The notes: generated by a model from the letters alone, not told the origin. 32,000 nucleotides of DNA from Candidatus Micrarchaeum sp. (GCF_016806735.1 NZ_CP060530.1:270001-302000), one strand, 5' to 3'; counted from the first letter of the stretch, positions 15,825 through 24,501 are shown. Made by a program: numbers and translations.

Positions 15825-16600
15825 CAATGCCTAAGAATGCCTATGTGGATTTGGGCGGTGGAGTCGTTCTCCACTGCAATATTTCAAATGCCCGCAGCGG
15901 CAGCACTCTTTTGCTCATACACGGCTGGGCAGGCTCATCGAAAATATGGTCGAAATACATAAAGAAGAACAAGGCATCATTCAACATCCTCGCAATCGAC
16001 ATTAAGGGCTTCGGCAATTCCAGCAAGCCAAAGTCCGGATACGGGCTTCCAAGGCTCGCAGACGAAGTCTATGCGGCTTCAAAGCGCCTGGGTGTGAAAA
16101 ATGCTGTGGTAGTTGGGCATTCAATGGGTGGCCAGGTAGCGATGTATCTGGCGATTAGGCACAGCGCTTTCGTGAAGAAGCTCGTAGTTGTAGACTCCGC
16201 GGAAAAGCCCTCGAAGCTTGTCCCAGGGTGGATTATGGAAGCTAAAAAGGACTACAAAGCTTTGATAAAGGGCGTAGTCCCAAGCCTTTTTGACAATATC
16301 TCCAAAGCCGAGCTCAGCATTTTTATGAGAGAAGGGCTTAAGATGACAAGGAATTCCGTAATCGGCACGCTGAACGGCATAATGCGCATCTCTCTTGACG
16401 ACAAGCTTTCGCGCATAAAATGCCCTTCCCTGTTGATATTCGGAATACACGATAAGAACCGAAGCATAGAGGAGCTGAGGCTCCTGAGCAAAAAGCTTAA
16501 CGGCTCAAAGCTCGTAATAATAAAACACAGCAAGCACTGCCCAATGTACGAAAATGTCGTAGATTTCAGCAAGGCCCTGAATCAGTTCGCGAAAATCTGA
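15821..16600 (+). CDS. Alpha/beta-fold hydrolase
   Basis: HG oxyanion region LLIHGWAGSS, nucleophile elbow VVGHSMGG and a C-terminal catalytic His region (IIKHSKHCPMYE). The start overlaps the MFS stop (GTGA at 15821-15824); ATG 15827 is an alternative start. Confidence 0.85.
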   Translation: MTMPKNAYVDLGGGVVLHCNISNARSGSTLLLIHGWAGSSKIWSKYIKKNKASFNILAIDIKGFGNSSKPKSGYGLPRLADEVYAASKRLGVKNAVVVGHSMGGQVAMYLAIRHSAFVKKLVVVDSAEKPSKLVPGWIMEAKKDYKALIKGVVPSLFDNISKAELSIFMREGLKMTRNSVIGTLNGIMRISLDDKLSRIKCPSLLIFGIHDKNRSIEELRLLSKKLNGSKLVIIKHSKHCPMYENVVDFSKALNQFAKI

Positions 16601-17494
16601 TTATTTTATGTGCCTTGAAATTTCGTCATCCTCCTTTTCGTACTCATCGTAGCCTATTATGTCGTAGAATTTTTCCCTCTGCATTATACTGTCCAGCATG
16701 TCCTTCTGCGTCCCTTTGGAACGAAGCTCGCCATATACTTTTTCCATTGTGGAGAGCGTGGATCTGAAGGCAGTTAGCGGGAATATGACAATCTTGTAGC
16801 CTATTTTTTCCAGTTCTCCTGCGGAAAGCAGAGGGCTTTTGCCGTATTCTGTCATGTTTGCGAGAAGAGGCGCCTTTATCTTCCTTGCGCATTCCTCAAA
16901 CTCCTCTTTAGATTCCAAAGCCTCGACAAATATAGCATCGGCTCCGTGCCTGACATACCCATTGGCACGCACTATAGCCGCATCAAGCCCTTCTACTGCT
17001 CGCGAATCCGTTCTTGCTATTATGACGAAATCCTTGTTTTTTCTGGCCGAAACCGCTGCATCAAGTTTTTCAGTCATCTCGTCTTCTGGCACGATTACCT
17101 TTCCGTTCAGGTGCCCGCACTTCTTCGGAAGTTTTTGGTCTTCGATGTGCATTCCTGCGCCGCCGGCCCTTTCCAATTCCCTGACAGTCCTTATAACATT
17201 CAAGGGCTCTCCAAATCCAGTATCAACGTCAACTATCAACGGGCTTTTGCTGACGGCTACTATGTTGCGTACGGAATGCAGCACCTCATCCATCGTCGTA
17301 ACGGATAGGTCGGGCAATCCCATCACTCCGGCTATCCCAGAGCCTGAGAGATACAGGGCATTAAATCCCGCTTTTTCAGCAATGATTGCCGATATCCCAT
17401 CAAAAACCCCTGGGGCTATTATTATTTCCTTGGAATCGAGAAACTTCCTCAATCCTGCAGGCCCGGAATTTATATTATCCCTTAAAATCGACAT
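16601..17494 (-). CDS. Isocitrate lyase/PEP mutase family enzyme (methylisocitrate lyase or carboxyvinyl-carboxyphosphonate phosphorylmutase-like)
   Basis: Family signature EDQKLPKKCGHLNGK. The N-terminus IIAPGVFDGISAIIAEKAGFNALYLSGSG and the segment IIARTDS are also typical. ATG 17494 (MSILRDN...) gives a protein of about 298 aa, the usual length for the family. The longer ORF-track start (17575) adds an implausible hydrophobic extension. Confidence 0.85.
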   Translation of the reverse strand: MSILRDNINSGPAGLRKFLDSKEIIIAPGVFDGISAIIAEKAGFNALYLSGSGIAGVMGLPDLSVTTMDEVLHSVRNIVAVSKSPLIVDVDTGFGEPLNVIRTVRELERAGGAGMHIEDQKLPKKCGHLNGKVIVPEDEMTEKLDAAVSARKNKDFVIIARTDSRAVEGLDAAIVRANGYVRHGADAIFVEALESKEEFEECARKIKAPLLANMTEYGKSPLLSAGELEKIGYKIVIFPLTAFRSTLSTMEKVYGELRSKGTQKDMLDSIMQREKFYDIIGYDEYEKEDDEISRHIK

Positions 17495-17630
17495 CCAAAC
17501 ACCCGTGCATATATACGCTTGCGGCTGTAATGCTTTTATCACTATTGGCATAAGGCCCAGAATGGATTGCTGCAAAAAGCTTTTGTAATTTTATTACAAT
17601 GATATGGTGTTTACGACAAAATGTGGTTTC

Positions 17631-17957
17631 ATGATAACATACCAGGATTTCGAAAAGGTAGAAATGCGCGTGGGCGTAATAACAAAAGTTGAAGATTTTC
17701 CAGAAGCGCGAAAACCTGCGTACAAGCTTACCCTGGATTTTGGAAACGATATAGGTATCAAGCATTCATCTGCACAGATAACAAATTATCCAAAGGAAGA
17801 GCTCGTGGGAAGAAAAGTCGTTGCCGTGGTCAATTTCCCTCCGAAGCAGGTTGCCAATTTCATATCCGAAGTTCTTGTTCTTGGAGCCGTTACTGAAAAA
17901 GGGATTGTTCTGCTCGGCGTTTCCCAAGATGCACCGATAGGGAGCAGAATAGCCTAA
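17631..17957 (+). CDS. csaA: tRNA-binding-domain protein CsaA
   Basis: DFEKVEMRVGVITKVEDFPEARKPAYKLTLDFGNDIGIKHSSAQITNYPKEELVGRKVVAVVNFPPKQVANFISEVLVLG closely follows the CsaA/Trbp111 OB-fold consensus. ATG 17631 (MITYQDFEKV) fits the family start. Confidence 0.85.
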   Translation: MITYQDFEKVEMRVGVITKVEDFPEARKPAYKLTLDFGNDIGIKHSSAQITNYPKEELVGRKVVAVVNFPPKQVANFISEVLVLGAVTEKGIVLLGVSQDAPIGSRIA

Positions 17958-17991
17958 CGGCTAATAAGCTTAAGCGAGCAAGTGTGTATCG

Positions 17992-19374
17992 ATGAATACG
18001 CTATCGAGATCCGTAACGCTTACGCAGGCGCTCATGATAAATCTCGGCGCCATAATAGGCGCAGGAATATTCGTGATAATAGGCGTTGCCATAGGGCACG
18101 CAGGCCCATCGATAATAATATCGATAATATTATCTGCAATCATAGCCATACTGACTGGATTGAGCTTTGCGGAGATAGCAAGGCACGTAGCCAAAGAGGG
18201 CGGCGTCTACGAATACGCCAAAGAGTCATTCAGGCCGTTCGCCGGATTCATAGGCGGCTGGCTCTGGACATTCGGCAACATAATAGCAATAGCTGCGGTT
18301 TCGATAAGCATGGGCGGCTACGTCAACATACTTTTTTCCACCCATATAAATACCGTCTATTTTGCAATTGCAGCAATAATAGCGTTCTCGGTAATAAACA
18401 TACTAGGAATAAAAAACTCGGCCAAGACGATATCTGCATTTGTTGTGATAAACCTTGCCGTACTGCTTATATTCATAGTTTCAGGGCTTAGCAGCTTCCA
18501 TCTCTCCAACTTTTCCAATTTCGCGCCAAACGGCATGACTGGCACCATAGCCGGTGCCGCGATAATATTCTTCGCATTTACAGGATTCTCCAGGGTGACT
18601 ACAATAAGCGACGAGGTCAAGGACCCTGAGAAAACAATACCGAAGGCGATAATACTTTCCATAATAATATCGACGGTAATATACATTGCAGTCGCAATCG
18701 TTGCCGTGGGCCTTGTTCCTTATTCCAATCTTGCAAGTTCAGCGGCTCCGCTGTCAACTGCCATAAAGAGCATGCACGACAGCATACTTGCAATCATCAT
18801 CGCTTTCGGCGGCGTGACTGCCACTGCAGGAGTCATACTCACCGGAGTTCTAGGCACTTCAAGGGTTTTCTTTGCGCTTGGCAGGGATAAGGAACTTCCT
18901 GGATTCTTATCCTATATAGACAGATTTTCAACTCCGATCAATGCAATAATTGTATCAGCTGTTTTGTCAATAATCTTTCTGCTTCTTGTATCGTTCGGAA
19001 CTATAGTCGATTCGTCCAATGCTGCAGTTCTTAGCGCATACTTCATAATAAACGTATCCGCAATATACTTCTACTACAACCTAAAGAAAAAGCAGCAGCA
19101 GGAAAAAAGGTATATTCCGGTAGTTTCTATAGCTGGCATATTCGGCATACTGCTTATAGTCGCATATCTGGACATAGTAAGCCTGGAGTTTCTTTTCGGA
19201 ATAGCTGCTGTCGGGACTATATATTATGTCCTGAGGAATGCCCCTATTGGCGAACTGAAGGATTGGCGCAGGCACATACACGTTCCGCGTCGCAGTGCCG
19301 TAAGGGCATTCGGCCCGTCGAGGCAGGAGGTTTCGACTGCAATTCAGCAACCGCAGCAGCAGCAAAAGCCGTAG
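17992..19374 (+). CDS. APC-superfamily amino acid permease
   Basis: About 12 TM segments. The N-terminal signature is LTQALMINLGAIIGAGIFVIIG, and FAFTGFS lies in the TM6 region. The C-terminal tail is basic and Gln-rich (QQPQQQQKP). Confidence 0.85.
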   Translation: MNTLSRSVTLTQALMINLGAIIGAGIFVIIGVAIGHAGPSIIISIILSAIIAILTGLSFAEIARHVAKEGGVYEYAKESFRPFAGFIGGWLWTFGNIIAIAAVSISMGGYVNILFSTHINTVYFAIAAIIAFSVINILGIKNSAKTISAFVVINLAVLLIFIVSGLSSFHLSNFSNFAPNGMTGTIAGAAIIFFAFTGFSRVTTISDEVKDPEKTIPKAIILSIIISTVIYIAVAIVAVGLVPYSNLASSAAPLSTAIKSMHDSILAIIIAFGGVTATAGVILTGVLGTSRVFFALGRDKELPGFLSYIDRFSTPINAIIVSAVLSIIFLLLVSFGTIVDSSNAAVLSAYFIINVSAIYFYYNLKKKQQQEKRYIPVVSIAGIFGILLIVAYLDIVSLEFLFGIAAVGTIYYVLRNAPIGELKDWRRHIHVPRRSAVRAFGPSRQEVSTAIQQPQQQQKP

Positions 19375-19484
19375 TGATCTAAAAGTGCCAGAATTAAGAA
19401 AAAAAGCAAAGCTTTATATATGTTCGGGTATAAATTCCCTACGCTAATATGCTTTTTCTATAACAACCCTATTCTCATCCACCC

Positions 19485-19508
19485 GGGGCGTATGGAAACA
19501 TACGCCTC
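19485..19508. terminator. GAAA-capped perfect stem-loop in convergent 3' spacer
   Basis: GGCGTATG (19487-19494) pairs with CATACGCC (19499-19506) around a GAAA tetraloop. The stem can be extended by G-U and G-C pairs to 19485/19508. It lies between the permease (+) and trmI-like (-) stop codons. Confidence 0.3.
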
Positions 19509-19531
19509 AACCCCACTTATAAAATAATGTC

Positions 19532-20134
19532 TTATTGTGCACGCTCTGCTTTAGCTTCGTGCATCATGCCTTTTTTTGCAAATACCAAATATGCCGTATG
19601 CCACACGCCCTTTGTGGAAGGCCTCATTCCTTCGGGCCTGACCAGCATGTCCCTCAATATGCATTCGTAGGTTCTTATGTCGGTAAACCCGCTCTTTTCA
19701 AGCTTTGCCGCGAATTTCACCACCTGCTCCATGTGCGGCGTATATCCAACAATGACTCCATTTTCCTTCAGCGCTTTCCTGGCCCGTGGTATGGCCTTTT
19801 CTGAGCTGGGCATGTCAAGGGTAATTATGTCGACATTCTTCTCCTTGAGATCTTTGGTTATATCGCCGTGCCTTATCTCCAGGTTTTGCAGGTTCTCCAT
19901 TGCCTTGTTTTTTTCGGCTATCTTTATGAAGTCCTCCCTTAGCTCATAGCTTATCACTTTCTTGGCTATTCTGGCAAGGCCGACGGCAAGCCATCCGCTT
20001 CCAGTGCCCGCATCCACGCATACGCTTTCCCTGTTCACTCCAGAGTAAGCTATTATTATCCCTATGTCCTTTGGCAGTATCACCTGCGGCGCTCTCTTCA
20101 TCTTATTGTACGGTTCCGGCAGGTCAATTCTCAT
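19532..20134 (-). CDS. SAM-dependent tRNA (adenine-N1) methyltransferase, TrmI/Gcd14-like (catalytic domain only)
   Basis: PQVILPKDIGIIIAYSGV..., SAM motif I (VCVDAGTGSGWLAVGLA), ITLDMP, and the C-terminal RPSTKGVWHTAYLVFAKK. All follow the TrmI/GCD14 pattern. ATG 20134 overlaps the topA stop by 11 nt; ATG 20101 is an alternative start. Confidence 0.7.
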   Translation of the reverse strand: MRIDLPEPYNKMKRAPQVILPKDIGIIIAYSGVNRESVCVDAGTGSGWLAVGLARIAKKVISYELREDFIKIAEKNKAMENLQNLEIRHGDITKDLKEKNVDIITLDMPSSEKAIPRARKALKENGVIVGYTPHMEQVVKFAAKLEKSGFTDIRTYECILRDMLVRPEGMRPSTKGVWHTAYLVFAKKGMMHEAKAERAQ

Positions 20135-22370
20135 TGGTTTCGCCTTGTTTATTTTTATCCGATTTCTTTTGTGTTTTCTTTTTCTGCGGTGCCTTTTTCG
20201 CCTTTCTTTTCGGCGCCACTACCTTTGGCTTGGCTGCCTTCTTTGCTGCTTTCTTAGGTTCCGGGCTTTCCTCCTTCTGAGGTATTTGAGGTGTTTTTTG
20301 TTCTGCCGTCTGGCCTTCTTCGCTGCTCTTGCTCCTGAACGTTACCGGCCTGTTCGGACACTGCGGATCCAGGTCCATTTCAAAAGGCCTCATTCCCTTC
20401 CTTATCACTTTAACTATGGGTGTATGGCAGTATTCGCATACTCTGCCAGTGGGCACTATCTTAGCCTTCTGGACGAGCGGATAAGTGTTGGTGCATTTCG
20501 GATAATTGGTGCACGCGACGAACTGTTTGCCTATCCTTGAATGCCTTATTATGAGATCTCCGGTGCCGCACTTCGGGCATTTGCCGAGAATGCTGGCCTC
20601 CATAAAACCCACCTTTAGGTCATTCGATACCTGCTGCATGTTCTTATCGAAAGTTTCCAGCGCGTTGAGAAGCATCTTCTTGCCCTGCTCCAATACCTCT
20701 GCTTCGCTCTTCTTGCGCTCGGATATCTCTTCCATGTCGTCCTCAAGCTCCTTTGTAGTTTTCTCGTCGAGTATCATAGGGCAGTTCTTCAGCAATGAGT
20801 TGTAGACGCTCATCCCGAAGCTCGTAACCGATATGCTTGAGCCCTCAACATATTCCCTCCTGAAAAGCGTATCGACTATGCTTGCCCTAGTGGCCTTGGT
20901 GCCAAGCCCCTTGCGCTCAAGCTCGGCTATTATGCCCGCTTTGGTGTATCTCTTAGGTGGCTTAGTCTTAAGGCTATCCATCTTTATGCCTTCGGCTTTG
21001 TGCATACTGCCTTCTGTGAAATTTGCGACTGTCTTCTCTTCTATTGAAGCGTATCTGTAATAATCAAGCCATGCCCTCTCCTTTATCGTGGCTCCGGAAG
21101 CCGAGTATTTTTCTCCACCTATGTCGGCTTCTACCTTAACCCTGGCAACGCTTGCAGGCGCGGCAAAGCACGAAAGGAATCTCCTGGTTATGAGATCGTA
21201 GACCTCTTCCTCCTGCTTTGATAGATCCCTGGGTCTTACTCCAGTTGGGAATATGGCTGGGTGGGCTTCGTCGGTCTTCTTGCCTTCAAGCGGCTTGAAC
21301 CTATTCTCCGAAGTTAAGTTTCGGGAGATTTCGGCATATTCGGGGTTTTCTCCCAGCGACTTTATTATTCCAGGAAGGCCTAGGGTATAAGGCAACTTCT
21401 GTGAAGATGTCCTCGGGTAAGAAATATAAGAGCGCTCGTAAAGCTTCTGGGCTATCGAGAGCGTCAGCGACGGATCCAATCTGAAGACTCTGCTGGCTTC
21501 GAGCTGGAGCGACGTCAGGTCAAATGGGGGATAAGGCCAGCGCGGCTCATCCTTTGAAACTACCCTGGTTATTTTTGCTTCGTCCTTTGCCTTCATGCTT
21601 TCTTCGTAAGCCTTTTCTGCGACTGCCTTGTCTTTCATGTCGCCCCTTGTGTTTGCGAACTCTGTGCCGTCTATTACTGCGGTGACGCGCCAGAACGGTT
21701 CTGGCCTGAATTCGGAAATCTCATTTTCCCTCCTGGCTAGTATCGCAAGGGTGGGTCCCTGTACCCTTCCTATGCTGAGCGCTTTGCCCCCTCCAGCGCT
21801 GCCAAGCGCCTGTGTGAGCGCCCTGCTTAGGTTTATGCCCCATATCCAGTCAAGCATGTGCCTGGTCTCTCCAGCGTAGAAGTTTTCCAGGTCCAGCTCT
21901 GACATGTTATTGTAAGAATCTAGCAAATCTTTTGTGGTGGTTGTCGAATACTTCATCCTCTTAGCGTAGGACCTTAGCTTATCTACTGGCTGCTTAGTGA
22001 CCTCCTTTATTATGTTTGTTCCTATTACCGTGCCCTCTATGTCGTAGTCGCACGCGTTTATGAAGTACGAGCACTTCTTGGCCACTTCATATATTGTGTC
22101 AAGGTACTGCTTCGTGAAGGCAGAGCTCTTGCTTGCGGAATAGGAGGGAGCCCACTCAACGTCAAGCACTGGATAGCCTCTCTTGTAGCCCACCTGCCTT
22201 ATGGTAAAAAGGTGCCCTACGGCCGGAGCAACATAGATGGTTTCCTCTCCCTTGTCTATCTTGTAATAGCTGGTCTTGCCGTTGGCTACGCGCTTCTGCT
22301 CCCCGTTGCCCAGGGACATCGCTATCCTAAGCGCTACGCTTGGCTTTTCTGCTATTATGAGCGTGTTCAT
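20124..22370 (-). CDS. topA: DNA topoisomerase I (type IA)
   Basis: Toprim N-terminus MNTLIIAEKPSVA...EGTVIGTNI, with acidic DxD-type region ACDYDIEG. Active-site Tyr motif YISYPRTSSQ. Two C-terminal zinc ribbons (CPKCGTGDL...CTNYPKC and CEYCHTPIV). The C-terminal tail is Lys/Pro/Ala-rich. No helicase domain is present, so this is not reverse gyrase. Confidence 0.95.
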   Translation of the reverse strand: MNTLIIAEKPSVALRIAMSLGNGEQKRVANGKTSYYKIDKGEETIYVAPAVGHLFTIRQVGYKRGYPVLDVEWAPSYSASKSSAFTKQYLDTIYEVAKKCSYFINACDYDIEGTVIGTNIIKEVTKQPVDKLRSYAKRMKYSTTTTKDLLDSYNNMSELDLENFYAGETRHMLDWIWGINLSRALTQALGSAGGGKALSIGRVQGPTLAILARRENEISEFRPEPFWRVTAVIDGTEFANTRGDMKDKAVAEKAYEESMKAKDEAKITRVVSKDEPRWPYPPFDLTSLQLEASRVFRLDPSLTLSIAQKLYERSYISYPRTSSQKLPYTLGLPGIIKSLGENPEYAEISRNLTSENRFKPLEGKKTDEAHPAIFPTGVRPRDLSKQEEEVYDLITRRFLSCFAAPASVARVKVEADIGGEKYSASGATIKERAWLDYYRYASIEEKTVANFTEGSMHKAEGIKMDSLKTKPPKRYTKAGIIAELERKGLGTKATRASIVDTLFRREYVEGSSISVTSFGMSVYNSLLKNCPMILDEKTTKELEDDMEEISERKKSEAEVLEQGKKMLLNALETFDKNMQQVSNDLKVGFMEASILGKCPKCGTGDLIIRHSRIGKQFVACTNYPKCTNTYPLVQKAKIVPTGRVCEYCHTPIVKVIRKGMRPFEMDLDPQCPNRPVTFRSKSSEEGQTAEQKTPQIPQKEESPEPKKAAKKAAKPKVVAPKRKAKKAPQKKKTQKKSDKNKQGETNEN

Positions 22371-22388
22371 GAAAACGGCCTATATAAA

Positions 22389-22631
22389 CTATCTTTTGCT
22401 GGCTTTCCTGTTCCTTCTGTTTTTCCTCTTGGCAGAAACGTGCCTCATTTCCGTGGCGTATGGCTTTTCCCTGGAAACCAGCCACGTGTCGATAAATCCA
22501 AGAGCTATTGATATAACGGCTCCGGCGTAGAAATAACTGCCTGCCCCATAAAGCATAAATATGGCAATCGTCACTACTATTATTATAACTGTCAGAAGTG
22601 AAACTACAAAGGCAGCTGCATTCTCCATCAT
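22389..22631 (-). CDS. Small membrane protein (two TM helices, basic C-terminus)
   Basis: The 80-aa product has two hydrophobic helices (AAAFVVSLLTVIIIVVTIAIFML and YAGAVISIALGFIDTWLV) and a tail KRKNRRNRKASKR. It ends 18 nt upstream of topA on the same strand. No family was recognised. Confidence 0.4.
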   Translation of the reverse strand: MMENAAAFVVSLLTVIIIVVTIAIFMLYGAGSYFYAGAVISIALGFIDTWLVSREKPYATEMRHVSAKRKNRRNRKASKR

Positions 22632-22648
22632 AACAACTTGTGGTTCGA

Positions 22649-23014
22649 ATGATTACAATATACTTAATCATATTTATAACCCTTATTGCTGCCGTAATAG
22701 TATCATTTGCCCAAACGCTGTTCAAATCAGAGCTCGAGAAGGGCAAGATGACAATACCAAAGATAATAAAGTCGCTTTTCACCAACAAGAAGATCCTTTT
22801 GGGCATAGCGGCCTATTTCGGGAGCCTTGTAATATACTTGTACGCTCTCTCAAAGGCCCCGCTTTCAGTTGTATATCCGATATTCGCCAGCAGTTTCATA
22901 TTTGTTGCGCTTTTTTCCGCAAAGTTCCTGAAGGAGCCTCTTAACATCAAAAGGGTCATAGGCATAGCGCTGGTCTTCGCAGGCATAGCGCTTATAGCAG
23001 TATCGTACGCGTGA
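22649..23014 (+). CDS. Small 4-TM DMT/EamA-like transporter subunit (half-transporter 1)
   Basis: Four hydrophobic helices. The C-terminal motif KFLKEPLNIKRVIGIALVFAGIALIAV is typical of EamA/SMR-like DMT proteins. Possible starts are GTG 22640 or ATG 22649. Confidence 0.6.
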   Translation: MITIYLIIFITLIAAVIVSFAQTLFKSELEKGKMTIPKIIKSLFTNKKILLGIAAYFGSLVIYLYALSKAPLSVVYPIFASSFIFVALFSAKFLKEPLNIKRVIGIALVFAGIALIAVSYA

Positions 23015-23018
23015 TCCC

Positions 23019-23345
23019 ATGGAAAGAAAAAAGGCCGAAAACATAACCATGCTCGTGGGGTCAACATTCCTGGGAGCAGTCGGCCAGATACTCTTCAAAT
23101 ATGCGCTTTCGGTGCATATTCTATATATAATAGGCTTCGGCATACTCGCCTACTTCATATCCACGCTTATTTACTTCTACGTGCTTACAAGGGCAAACCT
23201 GAGCTGGGCCTACAGCGTCGGAGGCCTGAGCTACATATTCGCAGTGATTCTTGCGGCTACGCTGCTAGCTGAAAACGTCCCTCCATTGAGATGGGTGGGA
23301 GTAATAATAATAACAATAGGCGTGCTTTTTGTCGGAAGCAGCTAA
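23019..23345 (+). CDS. Small 4-TM DMT/EamA-like transporter subunit (half-transporter 2)
   Basis: The 108-aa product has four helices. The motifs GAVGQILFKYAL and LLAENVPPLRWVGVIIITIGVLFV parallel those of the preceding gene. The adjacent pair resembles heterodimeric small DMT/ArnE-ArnF-like systems. Confidence 0.6.
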   Translation: MERKKAENITMLVGSTFLGAVGQILFKYALSVHILYIIGFGILAYFISTLIYFYVLTRANLSWAYSVGGLSYIFAVILAATLLAENVPPLRWVGVIIITIGVLFVGSS

Positions 23346-23371
23346 GCCTGTAAAAACAAAAAAAGCGCATA

Positions 23372-23387
23372 AAGGGCTTTAGCCCTT
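23372..23387. terminator. Short stem-loop at convergent gene ends
   Basis: AAGGGC (23372-23377) pairs with GCCCTT (23382-23387) around loop TTTA. It overlaps the eS1 stop codon and is preceded by an A-run (a T-run on the minus strand). Confidence 0.2.
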
Positions 23388-23948
23388 CACTTCGAACTTC
23401 TTTATCTCGACTTTGCTTACGGGGGCTATGTGCGCAACCTTGGCTCCAAGCTCTCCCTGCAGCTTTCCGTCTATCACGCTGTCTATGGCTTCCTTGAGTG
23501 TCTTCTCCTTAAAATAAGCCTCCAGGAAAACCTTGGCTTCCTTTCTCATTCCGACTAATTTTGTGTGCGCAGTTCTTCCCCTTGTTATTATGAGGACTTT
23601 GGCTACCTCCTTTATGCCGTCGCTCGTAGATACGTTGAAGACGCCGTCGCTGACGCTCTTGTACCTTCTCACAAGGGATCTTATGTAGCTGTAGAGCTGC
23701 TCAATCCTGAGCACCTTGGTATGCGCGGCCTCGCCGTTGACATCCGTAACCTTAAGCACGACTTCGGTATAAGCGTGCGATGGGTTGTTGGTTATTGCAG
23801 ATAGCCCTATCCTTATGTTCCTGCCTACGATGCTGCTTTCGTCGCTGGCAGGCATTTCCGCTATCTGCGCCTCGTTGAATTCCTTCGGGGCGTATACTGT
23901 GAACCATTTCTTAAGCTTCCATGTGTCTACGGTTTTTTGAAGTGCCAT
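23379..23948 (-). CDS. rps3ae: 30S ribosomal protein S3Ae (eS1)
   Basis: The N-terminus VDTWKLKKWFTVYAPKEFNEAQIAEMPA and the overall length of about 190 aa match the eS1 family. Confidence 0.95.
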   Translation of the reverse strand: MALQKTVDTWKLKKWFTVYAPKEFNEAQIAEMPASDESSIVGRNIRIGLSAITNNPSHAYTEVVLKVTDVNGEAAHTKVLRIEQLYSYIRSLVRRYKSVSDGVFNVSTSDGIKEVAKVLIITRGRTAHTKLVGMRKEAKVFLEAYFKEKTLKEAIDSVIDGKLQGELGAKVAHIAPVSKVEIKKFEVKG

Positions 23949-23957
23949 AAAAATACC

Positions 23958-24425
23958 TCAGTGGCCCTTTACTAGCAGCTCAGCCTGCTGCGGGTTGTAC
24001 CTCCACTTCTCTGGAAGGACTCCCTCCCTTATGTAATACTTGGTGAGCCTCCATATCTTGGCCTCTATCCTGTTTAATCTTATCCTGTTGTTCACGTCCT
24101 GCTTGTTCTTAGCCATGTGCTTCCTGAGGTTTACCGCCTTCTTCATGAGCTCAAGCATGTCGTATGGCATGCTCTCCTCTATCCCGTTCTCCTTGAGCAC
24201 CTGCTCCAGCTTCTTGCCCAATATGTGCCTTACATACGGGACGTTGTGCTCCTTCTTGAGCTTCTCTCCTATAAGAGCCGGAGGCATGCCCTGCTTGGCA
24301 TAGTCAACAGCGAGCTTTATTATCTGCTCCTTGTTCTCCTCAGCTCCTTCTATCTTTGCGCCCTGTTCAAGTATGGGCTTCCTGGACTTGGACTTTCCCT
24401 TCTTTTTAGTATGCATCCTTGCCAT
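23958..24425 (-). CDS. rps15: 30S ribosomal protein S15 (uS15/S13e type)
   Basis: MARMHTKKKGKSKSRKP... at the N-terminus and RLNRIEAKIWRLTKYYIREGVLPEKWRY at the C-terminus are characteristic of archaeal uS15. TTTATAAAT at about 24452-24460 (minus strand) is a plausible TATA box. Confidence 0.95.
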   Translation of the reverse strand: MARMHTKKKGKSKSRKPILEQGAKIEGAEENKEQIIKLAVDYAKQGMPPALIGEKLKKEHNVPYVRHILGKKLEQVLKENGIEESMPYDMLELMKKAVNLRKHMAKNKQDVNNRIRLNRIEAKIWRLTKYYIREGVLPEKWRYNPQQAELLVKGH

Positions 24426-24501
24426 TGCAACACTCAGTGTGATTTATAAACAAACGTAAGAGCCTTTGAGGTGTAAATATATTTATTGGTTCCTGAAACG
24501 C

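Noticed and set aside
16839-17588. 249-aa plus-strand ORF antisense to the PEP-mutase-family gene, and the N-terminal extension of that gene to 17575
   Set aside because: The minus-strand product has the KKCGH family signature. The antisense ORF is Ser/Ala/Pro-rich filler. The 27-aa extension is hydrophobic and Cys-containing, and it exceeds the family's usual length, so ATG 17494 is preferred.
20064-20540. 158-aa Phe/Leu/Cys/Arg-rich plus-strand ORF
   Set aside because: It is the mirror image of the Lys-rich topA tail (AAG/AAA codons read as CTT/TTT). It is an artefact of low-complexity sequence.
20124-22370. Reverse gyrase
   Set aside because: The protein is 748 aa, starts directly with the Toprim domain and has no helicase or Walker A module. 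It is therefore an ordinary type IA topoisomerase.
24430-24440. Dyad ACACT-C-AGTGT between the TATA box and the start of rps15
   Set aside because: A 5-bp dyad is short enough to occur by chance, and I noticed no second copy. It is noted only as a weak candidate.
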